Source of the DNA: the human T2T-CHM13v2.0 reference genome, Homo sapiens
Direction: 5' to 3' (one strand)
Assembly: GCF_009914755.1 (NCBI RefSeq)
Contig: NC_060944.1
Length of the DNA: 64,000 nucleotides
The notes beneath the pieces were generated by a model, which was not told the DNA's origin, searched no databases, and was given only the letters and a program-made list of their open reading frames with translations. Shown here piece after piece: positions 1 to 10,490 of the stretch (the stretch's first letter is position 1; each line of letters starts with the position of its first letter). The translations under genes and the position numbers were made by a program.

Positions 1-227
1 CAAGCTCTTCCTTGAGAAAAGCAGCAGGAGCAAAGCGCTCCTTGGCTTGGTCTCCCCAAATGGCAGTTTTCCTATTGGGTCCTGTGCTGTGACTTTTCTT
101 CCCTGGAGCTCTGCATTTGTGCGCATTCCTTACGTGCCCTGAATGATCTCAGCACCAATTGCCCACACGTCTGAAACCAGGAGGCCAGCTCCAGGAAGGC
201 GGGACATGTCTGGGAGGTGGTTTCAGG

Positions 228-377
228 CATTCAAAGTGCTGTCCACAGACTACAAGCATGGGCATCGCCTGGGAGCTTGTTAGGAATGCAAAATCTCAGG
301 CCCGGCCAGGAACCATAACCTGCATTTTAATAGGATGCCCAGGTGATCCGATGCACATTACAGTTCGAGAAGCACTG
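228..377. mobile_element. MER5A-type hAT-Charlie MITE
   Basis: tcaaagtg...gggagcttgttaggaatgcaaaatctcaggccc...ctgcattttaa...aggtgat...gagaagcactg matches the recalled MER5A layout. Confidence 0.8.
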
Positions 378-509
378 GTCTTAAGGGACACAAGAGCCAC
401 AGCCCACTGGGCTCTGGGAGAAATGGCTATCCCTTGATATGTTGAATGCCTGTTTCTTTTGGTATGTCCTGGGGATTACGTGCACATGTCTAAACTCACA
501 TGGGATGGT

Positions 510-710
510 GTTAGAATCCTGACTCCAGCTGATATTCTGTGTGGCTTCAGGCAATTGGCTTCACCTTTCTGAGCCTCTGTTTCTTTTTCTGTGGTCTGAA
601 ATCATAATAATAATAGTTATTAATGTTTGACACAAAACATTAATGCATCCAGCACAGTTCTTAGCATGCAGTAAAACTCACAGAAAATGATATGACCACC
701 ATTGTTATTT
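510..710 (+). mobile_element. MIR SINE
   Basis: core cacctttctgagcctctgtttct and 3' part cagcacagttcttagcatgcagtaa. Confidence 0.65.
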
Positions 711-711
711 G

Positions 712-1210
712 GGGTGAACACTGCAAGGTCCTCCACCAATATCCACTTTCTTTTTCTTCTTCACTAACAGAATCTCAATTTTATTCAAGCAGTAAATTGC
801 GTTTCACAATAGGCACCTTAGTAGATGTGCCTGTTCAACAACGTTCGCCTTCCCAGACCTCCTGGAAACCAGAAATGACCATGTGACCATGGTCACAATC
901 CTTTGGCAGCTTTCTCTCCTCAATAGAAAAAAAAAAAAAGATTTTAGAATGTCCTTTCTTTCCTTTCCTCCCTTCTTTCTTCTTGGACTCTGGATGTGAT
1001 GTCTGGAGACAAAGCAGCCATTTTGTTCTGGTGGGGATGAAAAGCACAGTGGAAGGATGGGTAAGAGGAGAGAAAGAAGGTGGCTGGGTTTCAGTAGCAC
1101 TGTGGAGCCACTATTTGGATTGCCTGTGTCTGGGCTTCATGGTATGAAGCAGGTGGGAGGATTAAAGATCAATTTCTCTGACATACAGCCCAACATAGTC
1201 CTAACTAGTA
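712..1210 (+). mobile_element. Old ERVL/MaLR solo LTR (LTR16/LTR33-like)
   Basis: ggatgtgatgtctggagacaaagcagccattttg and terminal cagcccaacatagtcctaact typical of this LTR group. Confidence 0.5.
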
Positions 1211-1339
1211 ATGCCGTCATCATAACGCTGTCATCATTATGATAGCTGTTGTTCCTGACCATCTCTGGCACATACTAAGGACTCATCCTGGGTCCTTGGT
1301 AAGCATTTGCTAATTTCCGTTGAACAGTTTGAAGGAAAC

Positions 1340-1600
1340 TTAACCTGGGAAACAGAATTGACTATCAAGCTCCTTTAAAAAATGAGAATAAAAAGAAAAC
1401 ATAATCCAACTATCCACCAATAAAACCTACTAAATGCATTTTGACATGCAGCTTTTCATGTTTCTTTTTACAAACACATTTAAATATACACCTACTTGTA
1501 ATGATAACGTGCACTGTGTATGGTTTTATAACCTGTTAATTTTCATGTATCTGTATATTACCATATTTTTCATGCCATTAAATTTTGCTTCTACAATAAA
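1340..1600 (-). mobile_element. L1M (L1ME-like) 3' fragment
   Basis: AT-rich; tatggttttataacctg...ccatatttttcatgccattaaa resembles an antisense old L1 3' end. Confidence 0.45.
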
Positions 1601-1639
1601 AATAACAAATCAGGTAATGAGATGAGCCTGATCCTTCAC

Positions 1640-2110
1640 TTGCTTCAGTTTTGCCTTCCAAGAACTGTGTCTTTGCAACACTTATTTGAGCAGACATCAC
1701 CCCCACAAATGCCTGAATGAACATTTCCTGTTGAAAAACTGCATCGGGAAAGACGTCAGAGCTGCTGGCTCACGTTTTCTGGAGAGCTTCTTACAATGCC
1801 CAGAGGAAACATGGGATAGTCACTCCTTTAACGGCTACTCATTATGTTCCTCCAAATACTGCTATGAAAAATTCACACCCATTTTCACAATGAATGCACA
1901 TTTTTTTACAATGATGAAAATGATGTAAGACTTTAATTCTGAAGTTCTACTCCAGGACTTCAAATGCTTCTTGTCCTGCTTTGGTCCAAGGTCCTGCGTG
2001 TGTGGGAAGCCCTGTCTTCGGAAGGCAAGTGAATCAGAAATTACTTCTGAAACTGACTCCAATACTGATAATGTGCTGATAACAGAACGAATAGCATCCT
2101 TAGTATTTCT
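1640..2110 (-). pseudogene. Decayed Ty3/Gypsy-like pol fragment (RT C-terminus, connection, RNase H)
   Basis: Minus-strand translation across frameshifts gives colinear motifs: KDAIRSVI..HYQYW..SEVISDSLAFRRQG..PWTKAGQEAFEVL (1991-1953)..KVLHHF..AFIVK..LSRK (1786-1775)..AVFQQEM..QFLEG (1667-1653). Confidence 0.55.
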
Positions 2111-2214
2111 CACTTAATAAAATAAGACAAGAAATGATTTGGAAAAGCACCTGCGCCAAGTCACAGGGGCCAGGCTGCCTGAGGGACTCCCACCCCACCC
2201 TACCCCCACTGCAC

Positions 2215-2425
2215 CCACCAGGGCAGCCTGTCCTTGTTCCCCAGCTAATTGTTCCTATGTCAGAAGGTGGATTCAGTGCTGCTGGATTTTTTAAGAGTGA
2301 TTAGAAATATACATTTTTATTTGAAATCTTCCCATTTTTAAAGGTCAGCCACTTCTTAAAACCACAAAACCACTATTAAGAGCCACAAAATAAAACCAGT
2401 CCACAGGCAGAGGCGGGCCAGTGCT
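2215..2425 (-). mobile_element. MER102-type hAT-Charlie element
   Basis: gctggattttttaagagtgattagaaatatacatttttatttgaaatcttcccatttttaaa matches the recalled MER102 reverse strand. Confidence 0.6.
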
Positions 2426-3050
2426 TGGAGTTAGCATGCCCTCCTTGCCAGCCTGTCTTGTTAGGGAGAGGACGGAGTTTCAGAAGAGACGTTGCCAGAG
2501 GGCCATCGCATTATGGTAATAGCCTTTTTGCTTAACTTCGGTTTGTCCACACCCAGTGCTTCAGGCACAAATGAGACAAATTAAAGGCATTCAGCTGGGA
2601 GCCAGCACACATTTTTTTAGTTAAGGAGCTGAGCGAGTCATTAACCGCCTAGGGCTGGTGGAAGGCGGGGGAGGCCCCAGCAAACCCAGGAGGTGCCCAG
2701 GACCCATGACCTCATTCTGTCCCAGCCCAAGTCTTCACTGCTTCATGAGGAGTTGTGACAGCGTGGCCTTCTCCAGCCCCACATGGCAACAGCAAGGCCA
2801 GGGAGGTGGGGAGCTCGCTGTTTCTGTTCCCCACAATCCAAGCCTCCAGACCCAGGTCTGGGATGACAGAGAAAATCCCAAAGAGTAGGCTTGCCGCACT
2901 TCACTGGCGTGGAGCACTGTGACTAATGCCCACACTTAGCCTGGTGCTCACTAAGCCCTGGCTGATACCACTGGGCGCTCACACTGTTGGGTGCCAAGGC
3001 CTTCCTGAGTCATCTTGCCTTCCCTCTAATTGAACAGCCTTCAACCTATA

Positions 3051-3165
3051 TAGGATGATCAGCTCTTCTCGGTTCACAGGGGACTTTCCTGGTTTTGGTA
3101 CTGAAAAGTCCCACATCCCCAGGAGCCCTTCATTCTGGGCAAACCAGGACACTTGGTCACTCTGA
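3051..3165. mobile_element. MER81/MER94-type hAT-Blackjack MITE
   Basis: ~115 bp with degenerate TIRs taggatgatca...ttggtcactct and internal ggactttcctggtttt..actgaaaagtccc. Confidence 0.7.
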
Positions 3166-3379
3166 GTCTATGCAAAGCCCAGGGAGTTGATTTTGAATCC
3201 AAAATTGAGAAGTCCCATCCGACTGCAGAAGGGCATAATTTTAAAAAATCAGAACGTGGGCATTCCAGCTAGGTGGGCTGGAGTAAAGAATACTCGACTG
3301 GACTTTGCTTCCAAGGGTAGAAGGGCAGTACTGACCACAGCAGGATAGTCCTAGAAGCAGCTGGCCACCCTCCACAACC

Positions 3380-3540
3380 TTGCTACTCAAAGTGTGGTCC
3401 CCAGGTCAGCAGTATCAGCACCATCTGTGAACCTTTTAGAAATGCAGACTCTCAGGCCCCAGCCTGGACCAACTAGATCAGAATCTGCATTTTGAGAAGA
3501 TGCTTGGGTGCCACATAGCACACAGGTTGGAGAGGTACTG
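3380..3540. mobile_element. MER5A-type MITE
   Basis: ctactcaaagtgtggtccc...tagaaatgcagactctcaggcccc...atcagaatctgcatttt. Confidence 0.8.
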
Positions 3541-3854
3541 TCTGTGGGTGCTGCGTTCTTACAGCTTAACTTGGTGAAAGGAGAGAATGGGGCTCCAGAG
3601 AGGTGTCGGGAACCTGAGCAGGTGCAAGAAGTCTCATTTCACCTCCCTGGGTTCCTGGAGGCTAAAGCTGTTCAGCTCCCAGAAAGGCAAGGAGGTCTGT
3701 CTACCAGGATAGAAGGACACAAATGAGTGACAACAGTTCCAGGCTACATGTCCCCTGACTATAGACCTTAGAGGACAAGGGACTTTGTGCATTTTTTTTA
3801 TTACCCCCTCTGCCTAGATTTTCCAGGACCTTCCAGATAAAATGTACTAAATTC

Positions 3855-4335
3855 TGTATTAGATTGGAATGCTTTGGGCTGCAGGTATCAGAAACCCAAC
3901 TAACAGTGGCTTAAACAAATAGAAGTTTATTGTTCTCACACAACGAGCAGGGAGGGGTGGGTGCTGTGTGGCTGGGGCATGGCTTGGCCATGCCGGCAGG
4001 GACAGAGGCTCTCCCTGCCTTCCCCTCTAGAATTCTAAGCACTTCCACTTTCTGTCCTCAGGTTGGTGGCCTTATGGCCTCAGGATGACCTGCTGCAGCT
4101 TGAAGCATCATGTTGATGCTTTCAAGACAAGAAAGGAAAAGGGGAAAGCCAATGAACATGACCTTCTTTTTCAGGAGAGCAAAATATTTCTTATAAATTG
4201 ACCACCTACTTCAGCTCAAGCCTTGTTTGTGGTGCCGCAATGCCATCCGGACCGAAGAGAGTCTGGGAAATAAGTCACTGACAAGAGGGACAAGCAGCTG
4301 TGAGGAGCTCAGATCAATCCTGATCCATTGCCTAG
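3855..4335 (-). mobile_element. MLT1K/L-type MaLR solo LTR
   Basis: tgtattag...gctgcaggtatcagaaacccaactaacagtggcttaaacaaatagaagtttatt. Confidence 0.65.
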
Positions 4336-4409
4336 AGCCAAAGAGAGCCAAGAGGGAGCCAGCCACGGCCCGGAGACGCCTCCTGTAGGTCTTCTGGTCT
4401 TTGCATAAT

Positions 4410-4568
4410 GGCCCTGATCATGTTGGCTGTTCATTTACATTTCTGACCCCTTCTAGGTGATGGAACACTTAAAGGCAGTGAACATGTCTTAGTTGTCTCA
4501 ATACGTCCCTGGTGCTAACATACCAGGCACAGAGTATGCTCAGTGGATATTTACAGAATGAATGAATG
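4410..4568 (+). mobile_element. L2 3' end
   Basis: ggcacagagtatgctcagtggatatttacagaatgaatgaatg tail. Confidence 0.7.
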
Positions 4569-5409
4569 AGGATGCCCTCAGTGCCCATTAGCCAGAGCCA
4601 CTCATCCCCAAATGTCTCGAGATGGTGGCATCGGCTTTATCTCACAATTGGCTTTATCTCCATAATAACTTATCTTTTCAAACTGGAACCAGGCTTCAGA
4701 TAACTGGGGCAAAGTCATAGAGAATCATCTAGCTTGAGTCTGAAGTTTCAGTTCCATGGAGCCTGGCTTAGGAGTGCGATCAGAGGTGGTCAGCAGCTGC
4801 CAGACTCACCCACTCCCATGAGGCCGACTACATAAAAAGAAGGAACAAAATAAAAGCCAGCCTCTGGAGTCAGGTGAAGCCATTTGTTCTTAAGGGGAGT
4901 CACAGGCAAGGCTGCACTGTGTGCCTTAGAATGTCGCAGCTAATCATGGTCCATGAAACATGATGGGATGGAGCAAGTCAGACGATTCCGCCTGATATGT
5001 GCCATATGACAGCCGTTAAGTCGCTCGGTCTACTGGAAATAACATTTCATGGTGATCCAGGTAGGGGAATGCAGCCAAGAGCAGAGAGACTCCTCCCGTC
5101 TCGCTGGAGAACAGGAGGGGGTTGTTAGGGTGACGTCTGTCATTTTATGAGCCAAGTCAAGGCATATAAAAGCCAGGGAGGGCACAGTGTCTCCCCAGGA
5201 ACTAATTTGGATGGGAAAAATAAAGATTTTATGTGCTGGCTCAGGCACTGGACTGAAAATCTCAAGAATCTAATCAGCGCCAGGTGGAGGGTGAAGCAGC
5301 TCAGTGGCTGGCGAGGACCCTGCGTGGGGCAGGCAGGACGTGGGGGCCACATGTCTCCGTGCTGGAGATGCATCAGGCTGAGTCATAACAGGCTTGGGCT
5401 TCAGCGACC

Positions 5410-5560
5410 CACATCTTTGGGCAAGTCGCTTCCCCTCTCAGCTCCCTCTGTTTCCACATGTGAAAAATGCTTGTGAGGATGAAAGGCAAGAAGGTGGAGG
5501 CCAAGAGCTCAGCACGGTGCCCGGCACAGAGCGGTTGCCAATAAACAAATCATAATCATA
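5410..5560 (+). mobile_element. MIR SINE
   Basis: ttgggcaagtcgcttcccctctc...tgtgaggatgaaa...cagcacggtgcccggcacagag. Confidence 0.65.
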
Positions 5561-5627
5561 GCCATTAATGGGGCCAAGTCCCAGCTAGGGTGCCCTGAGG
5601 CCTCCCCCTCCCTCTGTGGCCAGGTGG

Positions 5628-5824
5628 TACGGTTGCCAGATTGAGCAAACAAAAATACAGGACACTCAGTTAAAATCGAATTTCAGATAGACAATGAATC
5701 ATCTTTTTTTAGTATCCATATGCCCCTAAATATTTCATGGGACATACTGATACTAAAAAGTTATTTATTTTTTATTTGAAATTCAAATTTAGCCAGGCAT
5801 CCTGTGTTTTTTCTGGCAACCCTA
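5628..5824. mobile_element. MER53 palindromic hAT MITE
   Basis: TIRs ggttgccaga / tctggcaacc; the whole element is a long imperfect inverted repeat. Confidence 0.85.
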
Positions 5825-6089
5825 CAGGGTGAGCTTAGGTGCAGCCATAGATGAAAGAAGGGATTTCAATGTCAGTGATGGCTGAGTCGAGTGGTCAAAT
5901 TAACTAAAGGAACCTATGTTCTGTGCACTCAAATTAAAATTTCTGATCTATGAACTCCAACTCTCAAAGCTTAAACGGGGGGGAAAAAAGCCTCCTTTAG
6001 TCGATAAGCAAACTAATGAAATGACAGAAGACTGGACAAGAGTGTCCCGTTCCCCAGCTTCAGCAGCAGTTTCCTGAAGGCCCCCACGC

Positions 6090-6690
6090 CCTCTCATCCC
6101 ATTTTGCAAAAGAGGAGATCGAGGCTCCAGCAGGTGAAGAGAGTTGCTGGGCTAGCATGTGGCTGCAGTCCAGGTCTGTCTGACACATGAGCCAATAACC
6201 GTCACCAGGAGACCCCACTGCCTCTCACTGCTTAAAAAGGTCCCCCCTGGCAGGCCACAGACCACCCCCAACTTTTGTGGAGGGGAGAAAATACTACTGA
6301 ACATCAGGTGAGAGCAAGTTTCCCAACCTCTTTGTGCCTCACCTTTTCCCTCTGCAGAATAGGAATAATTATTCTACCATCTCGATAGCATTTTTGGATG
6401 ACTTGGTAATTTAATGTACATTAAGGACCCAGATGCTAATTGTGAGTAGACAAATGCCATTTATTAGACTTATCGTAATGAAGACAGTAAGGTTTCATTG
6501 TTAAAATATCAGCCGTGAAACACATCAGAACGAGTTCAGCCCTGGATTCACCTCTTTACCAATCTTGGGATGTTTCTAAACCTCTCTGAGCCTCCATTTG
6601 TTCATCCATAAAATGGGAACCTCATGGAGCCTCCCTCTCGCAATTGTCCGGCGTGGAATGGAGTAGCACAGGTGAGCACTCAAGTGCAGG
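6090..6690. mobile_element. Cluster of three MIR fragments (one minus, two plus)
   Basis: cccattttgcaaaagaggag; acctctttgtgcctcacc; cctctctgagcctccatttgttcatccataaaatggg. Confidence 0.6.
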
Positions 6691-7499
6691 CTATTTGTAT
6701 TTCAACAGGCAGAGAGGATTGGGGTGAGAGCCAGTGGCCTCTCTCGGGGCCCCTGAATCCTGGCCACACAGAGTGGGCCTCTCCTCCGCAACCCCCCTCC
6801 ACCCGACCAACAATGGAGCTGTCACAAGCCCACATCTGCTGCTGGGTAGAGATTTTTCTCTCAGGATTCCTGGAGGGGCCCTTCCAAGGGCCACAGCCCT
6901 TCTTGTTTATATGCCGAGAACAATGAAGACCTAGAAGCCAAGTTTGCAACTGGGTCTGGAGGAAAATGGTTGTCTCTCCAATAAATCCACGTGCATCATT
7001 GTTAATGACCCTGGACCACACAGCCCACCCACAGGGCCTGCCCATTAGAGGTCAGACAATGGCTAATGAGATTGCCATCCCTGATTAAGCCAGGAGGCAA
7101 TGCTTCTTTAATTCTACACACAGCCAGGAGGCAGGGCCTCAGCCTCTCTCTTACTGGGACTTCCCATTTCCTCTTACCAGTTCTGCCATCCATGGCTTTC
7201 TGGATTCACCAAAACTTCAGGTTCCTCAAGGGACACAGATGTGTCAAGTGCATTTTCTGGCTTGAGGGACTGTGTGTTTCATAGACATCTTTCCAGTTTC
7301 ATAGCCATTTTGCCCAGGAGTGTCATCAGCTGAGATTCAAGATTCATTGATGCTTGGCTGAGAAATCCCTGGGAGATAAGAAAGTCAGGTTCACACTGGA
7401 TGCATGGAACTGGAAGCACACTGCAGAGGGGAATGTGAGTGCTATTTGCAGTCCCTCTTCTGGGCCAAAATTTGGCTTAGGGCTTCCCCTACCCTCCCT

Positions 7500-7665
7500 C
7501 GGCCTCTATAGCCTGTGAGATAGATATTAGCACCTCCTTTTGCCAAGGAAGAAATCATGGCTCTGAGAAATGACATGGTGCACGCAAGGTCACACAGCAA
7601 GCAAGTGGAGTGGAGGGCGTGAGTCCATCTGTCTATATGCCAAGCTTGTGTTTTTTCCCACTACA
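7500..7665 (-). mobile_element. MIR SINE
   Basis: ggctctgagaaatgacatggtgcacgcaaggtcacacagcaag. Confidence 0.6.
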
Positions 7666-7769
7666 CATGATTTGTTCACATTCGGCTCATACCAGTGCTT
7701 GAAGCCCACTGCAGAACCAAGCCCCAGGACTCACATGTGGCTTCCTTAATGCCCATGTGGCAGTTCCAG

Positions 7770-8290
7770 TGCCGTCAAATCCCTCTAACCCGAAGCAGTT
7801 AAAACTGATGATTTAATGACCCACTGGTACATCCACTTACTAATCTTTGTGAGCACACCAAGGTGTTTTTATTTCTGCTGTTTGGAGTTGCATAGTAATC
7901 TTTTACATAAACCACACCCATTTTTACAGTCACCAGCATTTATAGTTTCCAATCCTTTAAAGTGAAGTAAAAATTAAAGGGCACTTACAAAGATATCTGA
8001 ATGCAGAATCCTTCATTGTTTGTGTATTTTTTCATCTTTACAGTAGTTTCTTCCTCACTGCATTGTTCAGCATATTTTTTAGGAACTCATATTTTTCAAG
8101 TCATTCCACAGCATTTGACTTATTTTTCACAGAAGCAACTATTCTCTTGCTTTCACACTCATAGTTTTTTAGTTTATATAGTAAGTAATTCAGTTGAATT
8201 TTGAAATTAAAGTTACAAATATAACTGGCATTAGAAGGCATGGGAACAATCCACAGACTCTTGTTAATCAAATGACTCATTGAATGAAGG
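7770..8290 (-). mobile_element. TcMar-Tigger relic with degenerate CENP-B-type HTH coding remnant
   Basis: Minus strand from ATG at 8162: MSVK../KRIVASVKNKSNAVE*LEKYEFLKN and WVWFM near 7920, like pogo/Tigger/JRKL N-termini. Confidence 0.55.
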
Positions 8291-8864
8291 CAGATGTGGG
8301 AGAGCTCACTGAGGTGTCACTGACCAGCCTCCAACTTTCAGAGCACTGTGGGCGGCCACAGAATGTTTACAGTGGCAGGGGAGAGCACTGGTTAGTGGCT
8401 CAGTGATGTGAAGACAGGTGAAGAAAGCTTCTATTCTACTATCTCAATGGTGGTAACAGTAGCAGTGGTGACTGCAGTGATTTCTCAGTATTTAGTGTGA
8501 GTGCCACGTATTACTATCCATCCTCACTACAATGCCTAGAAATTACTGTATTTGCAGTCTAAAGATTAGCTAGTATATAAGTCACTCAATTTTACCAGGA
8601 AGCTTTTCTGAAAGATATTATCTACTACCCCAGACTAGCCAAGTCTTCTTGGAGAACTGCCAAGTAGCCAGGAAGACTGGTTTGGAGATGCCTCTTCTTT
8701 CTGCTGTTCTTGAAGCTTGCACAGTTTCTTACCCAAGGGGAGCAGGGGAGGAAAGGGACAAGTTGCTGAGAGTTATTCCATCCATTGGTTTATGGTGGAC
8801 TTGATGGTGTCACACAAGGAGGCATCTGAGAAACAGAAAATGAATCTTCTATACTGGCAAATAC

Positions 8865-9010
8865 AAGATTTTCCCCTCTGTTTTAAGATGAGGAAGCAGA
8901 CTCAGAAGTGAAGTGACTTGGCCAAGGTCACATAGCCTGTAACTGGAAAAGCTGAGATTTCAACTTAGGTCTATTTAACTCCAAATCCCATGTGCTTTCC
9001 ATTGAACAAC
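8865..9010 (-). mobile_element. MIR SINE
   Basis: agatgaggaagcagactcagaagtgaagtgacttggccaaggtcacatagc. Confidence 0.75.
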
Positions 9011-9018
9011 TGTTGCCA

Positions 9019-9304
9019 TTGAGCTGGGTTGGGCTGAGTTGAGTTAGTTTGAGTTGAGGTGAGTTGGGTTGGGCTGGCTAGAATTGGGTTGGCTTGATTT
9101 GGGTGGGTTGGTTGGAGTGGGTTGGGTTGAGCTGAATTGACTTGGTTTAAGTTGAGGTGAGTTGGGTTGGGTTGGCTAGAGTTGAGTTGGTTTGAGTTGG
9201 GTAGGGCTGGGTTGGATTAGGTTGGGTTGGGTTAAGTTGGTTTGAGGTGGGGAGGGTTGGGCTGGGTGGGTTAGGTTAGGTTGAGTTTGCATGGGTTGCA
9301 TTGG
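9019..9304 (+). repeat. Degenerate G-rich pentamer tandem repeat (GGGTT/GAGTT/GGGCT)n
   Basis: Directly visible 5-bp periodicity over ~285 bp. Confidence 0.9.
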
Positions 9305-9754
9305 TAGCACTGAATCACACTAAGCCCTTTGCTGTGTAGTCTTGGTCCCAAAACAGAGGGCGAAAAAATGTCTCTTTTATAGTCTTTCAGCAACCTGAGG
9401 GCAGAAAGGGGGATCAATACAAAAGAAACAGACAGGAATCATATATGATTCATTGTTGAATTCTGGTGGGATTGCCCAAGTAAATCATGCCCTGGGCAAA
9501 CCAGCAGAGTAAAAGGCACCTTACAGAGCTGTGTGTGGGGAGGGGGCCCTTCTGTCACATTGCCCAGAAGATATGGATCCAACTATCCTCATGGTCAGAG
9601 ATCACAGAGGCCCCAGCCCAGTTCTAATCCCTTCATGTGAAAATCACGTGACACAGCCCCAAGCCTAGCAGAGGTTCCTGGAGAACAGCGTCTCCTTGAG
9701 CACCGGCTGGGTACTCCATGCTGCTCGCCTCCTCTCTCTGTCTCTAAACCCACG

Positions 9755-9915
9755 TCAGCTCTCTTCAGGAGGTATGGTCACCATCTTTTTACACACAGAG
9801 AAGTTGAGATAAAAATAACTTGCTCAAGTTTACACAGCTAATCATGGCCGGAAGCTGGGTTTAGCTCTAGGTTTGTAGGACCCTGGGAGGTTGGGTTCTT
9901 TCCACTTCTTCACAT
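9755..9915 (-). mobile_element. MIR SINE
   Basis: aataacttgctcaagtttacacagctaatcatggc. Confidence 0.55.
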
Positions 9916-10329
9916 GGCCTTTCAACAGGACAGAAATCAGCACAAGCCTGTCATCCTGGAGGAGCTTTAAGCAGAATGTGTGTCTTCCATGGGGGCAGCT
10001 GGAAGGGCTTCCGGGTAGGGCTCAGGAAGAAGTATCATAGCCTGGGGGAGACCTGTAGAGTAAGGAAACTTCCTGCCCCACAACAGTCAGAGACAAGAAG
10101 TGATGACAACCAGGGGCTGTTGATGGTGTTCCCCTACCCTCTACCCATCTGACTTCTAAGCCTCAGTTTTTCCAACACATTCTGTAAAAGGGGGTTTTTA
10201 ACTCAGTTCATTCAACAGGCATTTGTGGAGTGACTACAGTGTGCCAGGCATCAGACTAGGTGGAGAGAAGTTGGAGGCTTGGTCCTGGTGGTGTGGCACG
10301 TGGCTGGGACTGGGGGTCTACGCCCTCCT

Positions 10330-10490
10330 CCTGCCACTTCCAAGCCAGGGGGCCCCGGAAATGTCCATTTACCTCATTGAGGTTCAATTTCTGCCCATGG
10401 AATATGGGGAGAATAATAATAATACCTGGGGCTCAGGTCAGCTGTAAGGACTGAACACGGTGTGTGGGGAGCACTTAGCGCAGCCACCAG
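10330..10490 (+). mobile_element. MIR SINE
   Basis: tttacctcattgaggttcaatttctgcccatggaatatggggagaataataataatacc. Confidence 0.55.

Noticed and set aside
882-897. Perfect 16-bp palindrome tgtgaccatggtcaca
   Set aside because: Lies in an old LTR; a single short palindrome in 64 kb is not far from chance expectation
1632-2121. Plus-strand frame with one internal stop followed by AATAAA, suggesting a processed pseudogene or last exon
   Set aside because: The peptide resembles nothing I recognise and there is no poly(A) or TSD; the minus-strand Gypsy-like reading explains the segment better
9019-9304. Interstitial telomeric repeat or genuine Ig switch region
   Set aside because: Period is 5 rather than 6 with no TTAGGG run; too short, few AGCT motifs, and no Ig exons nearby
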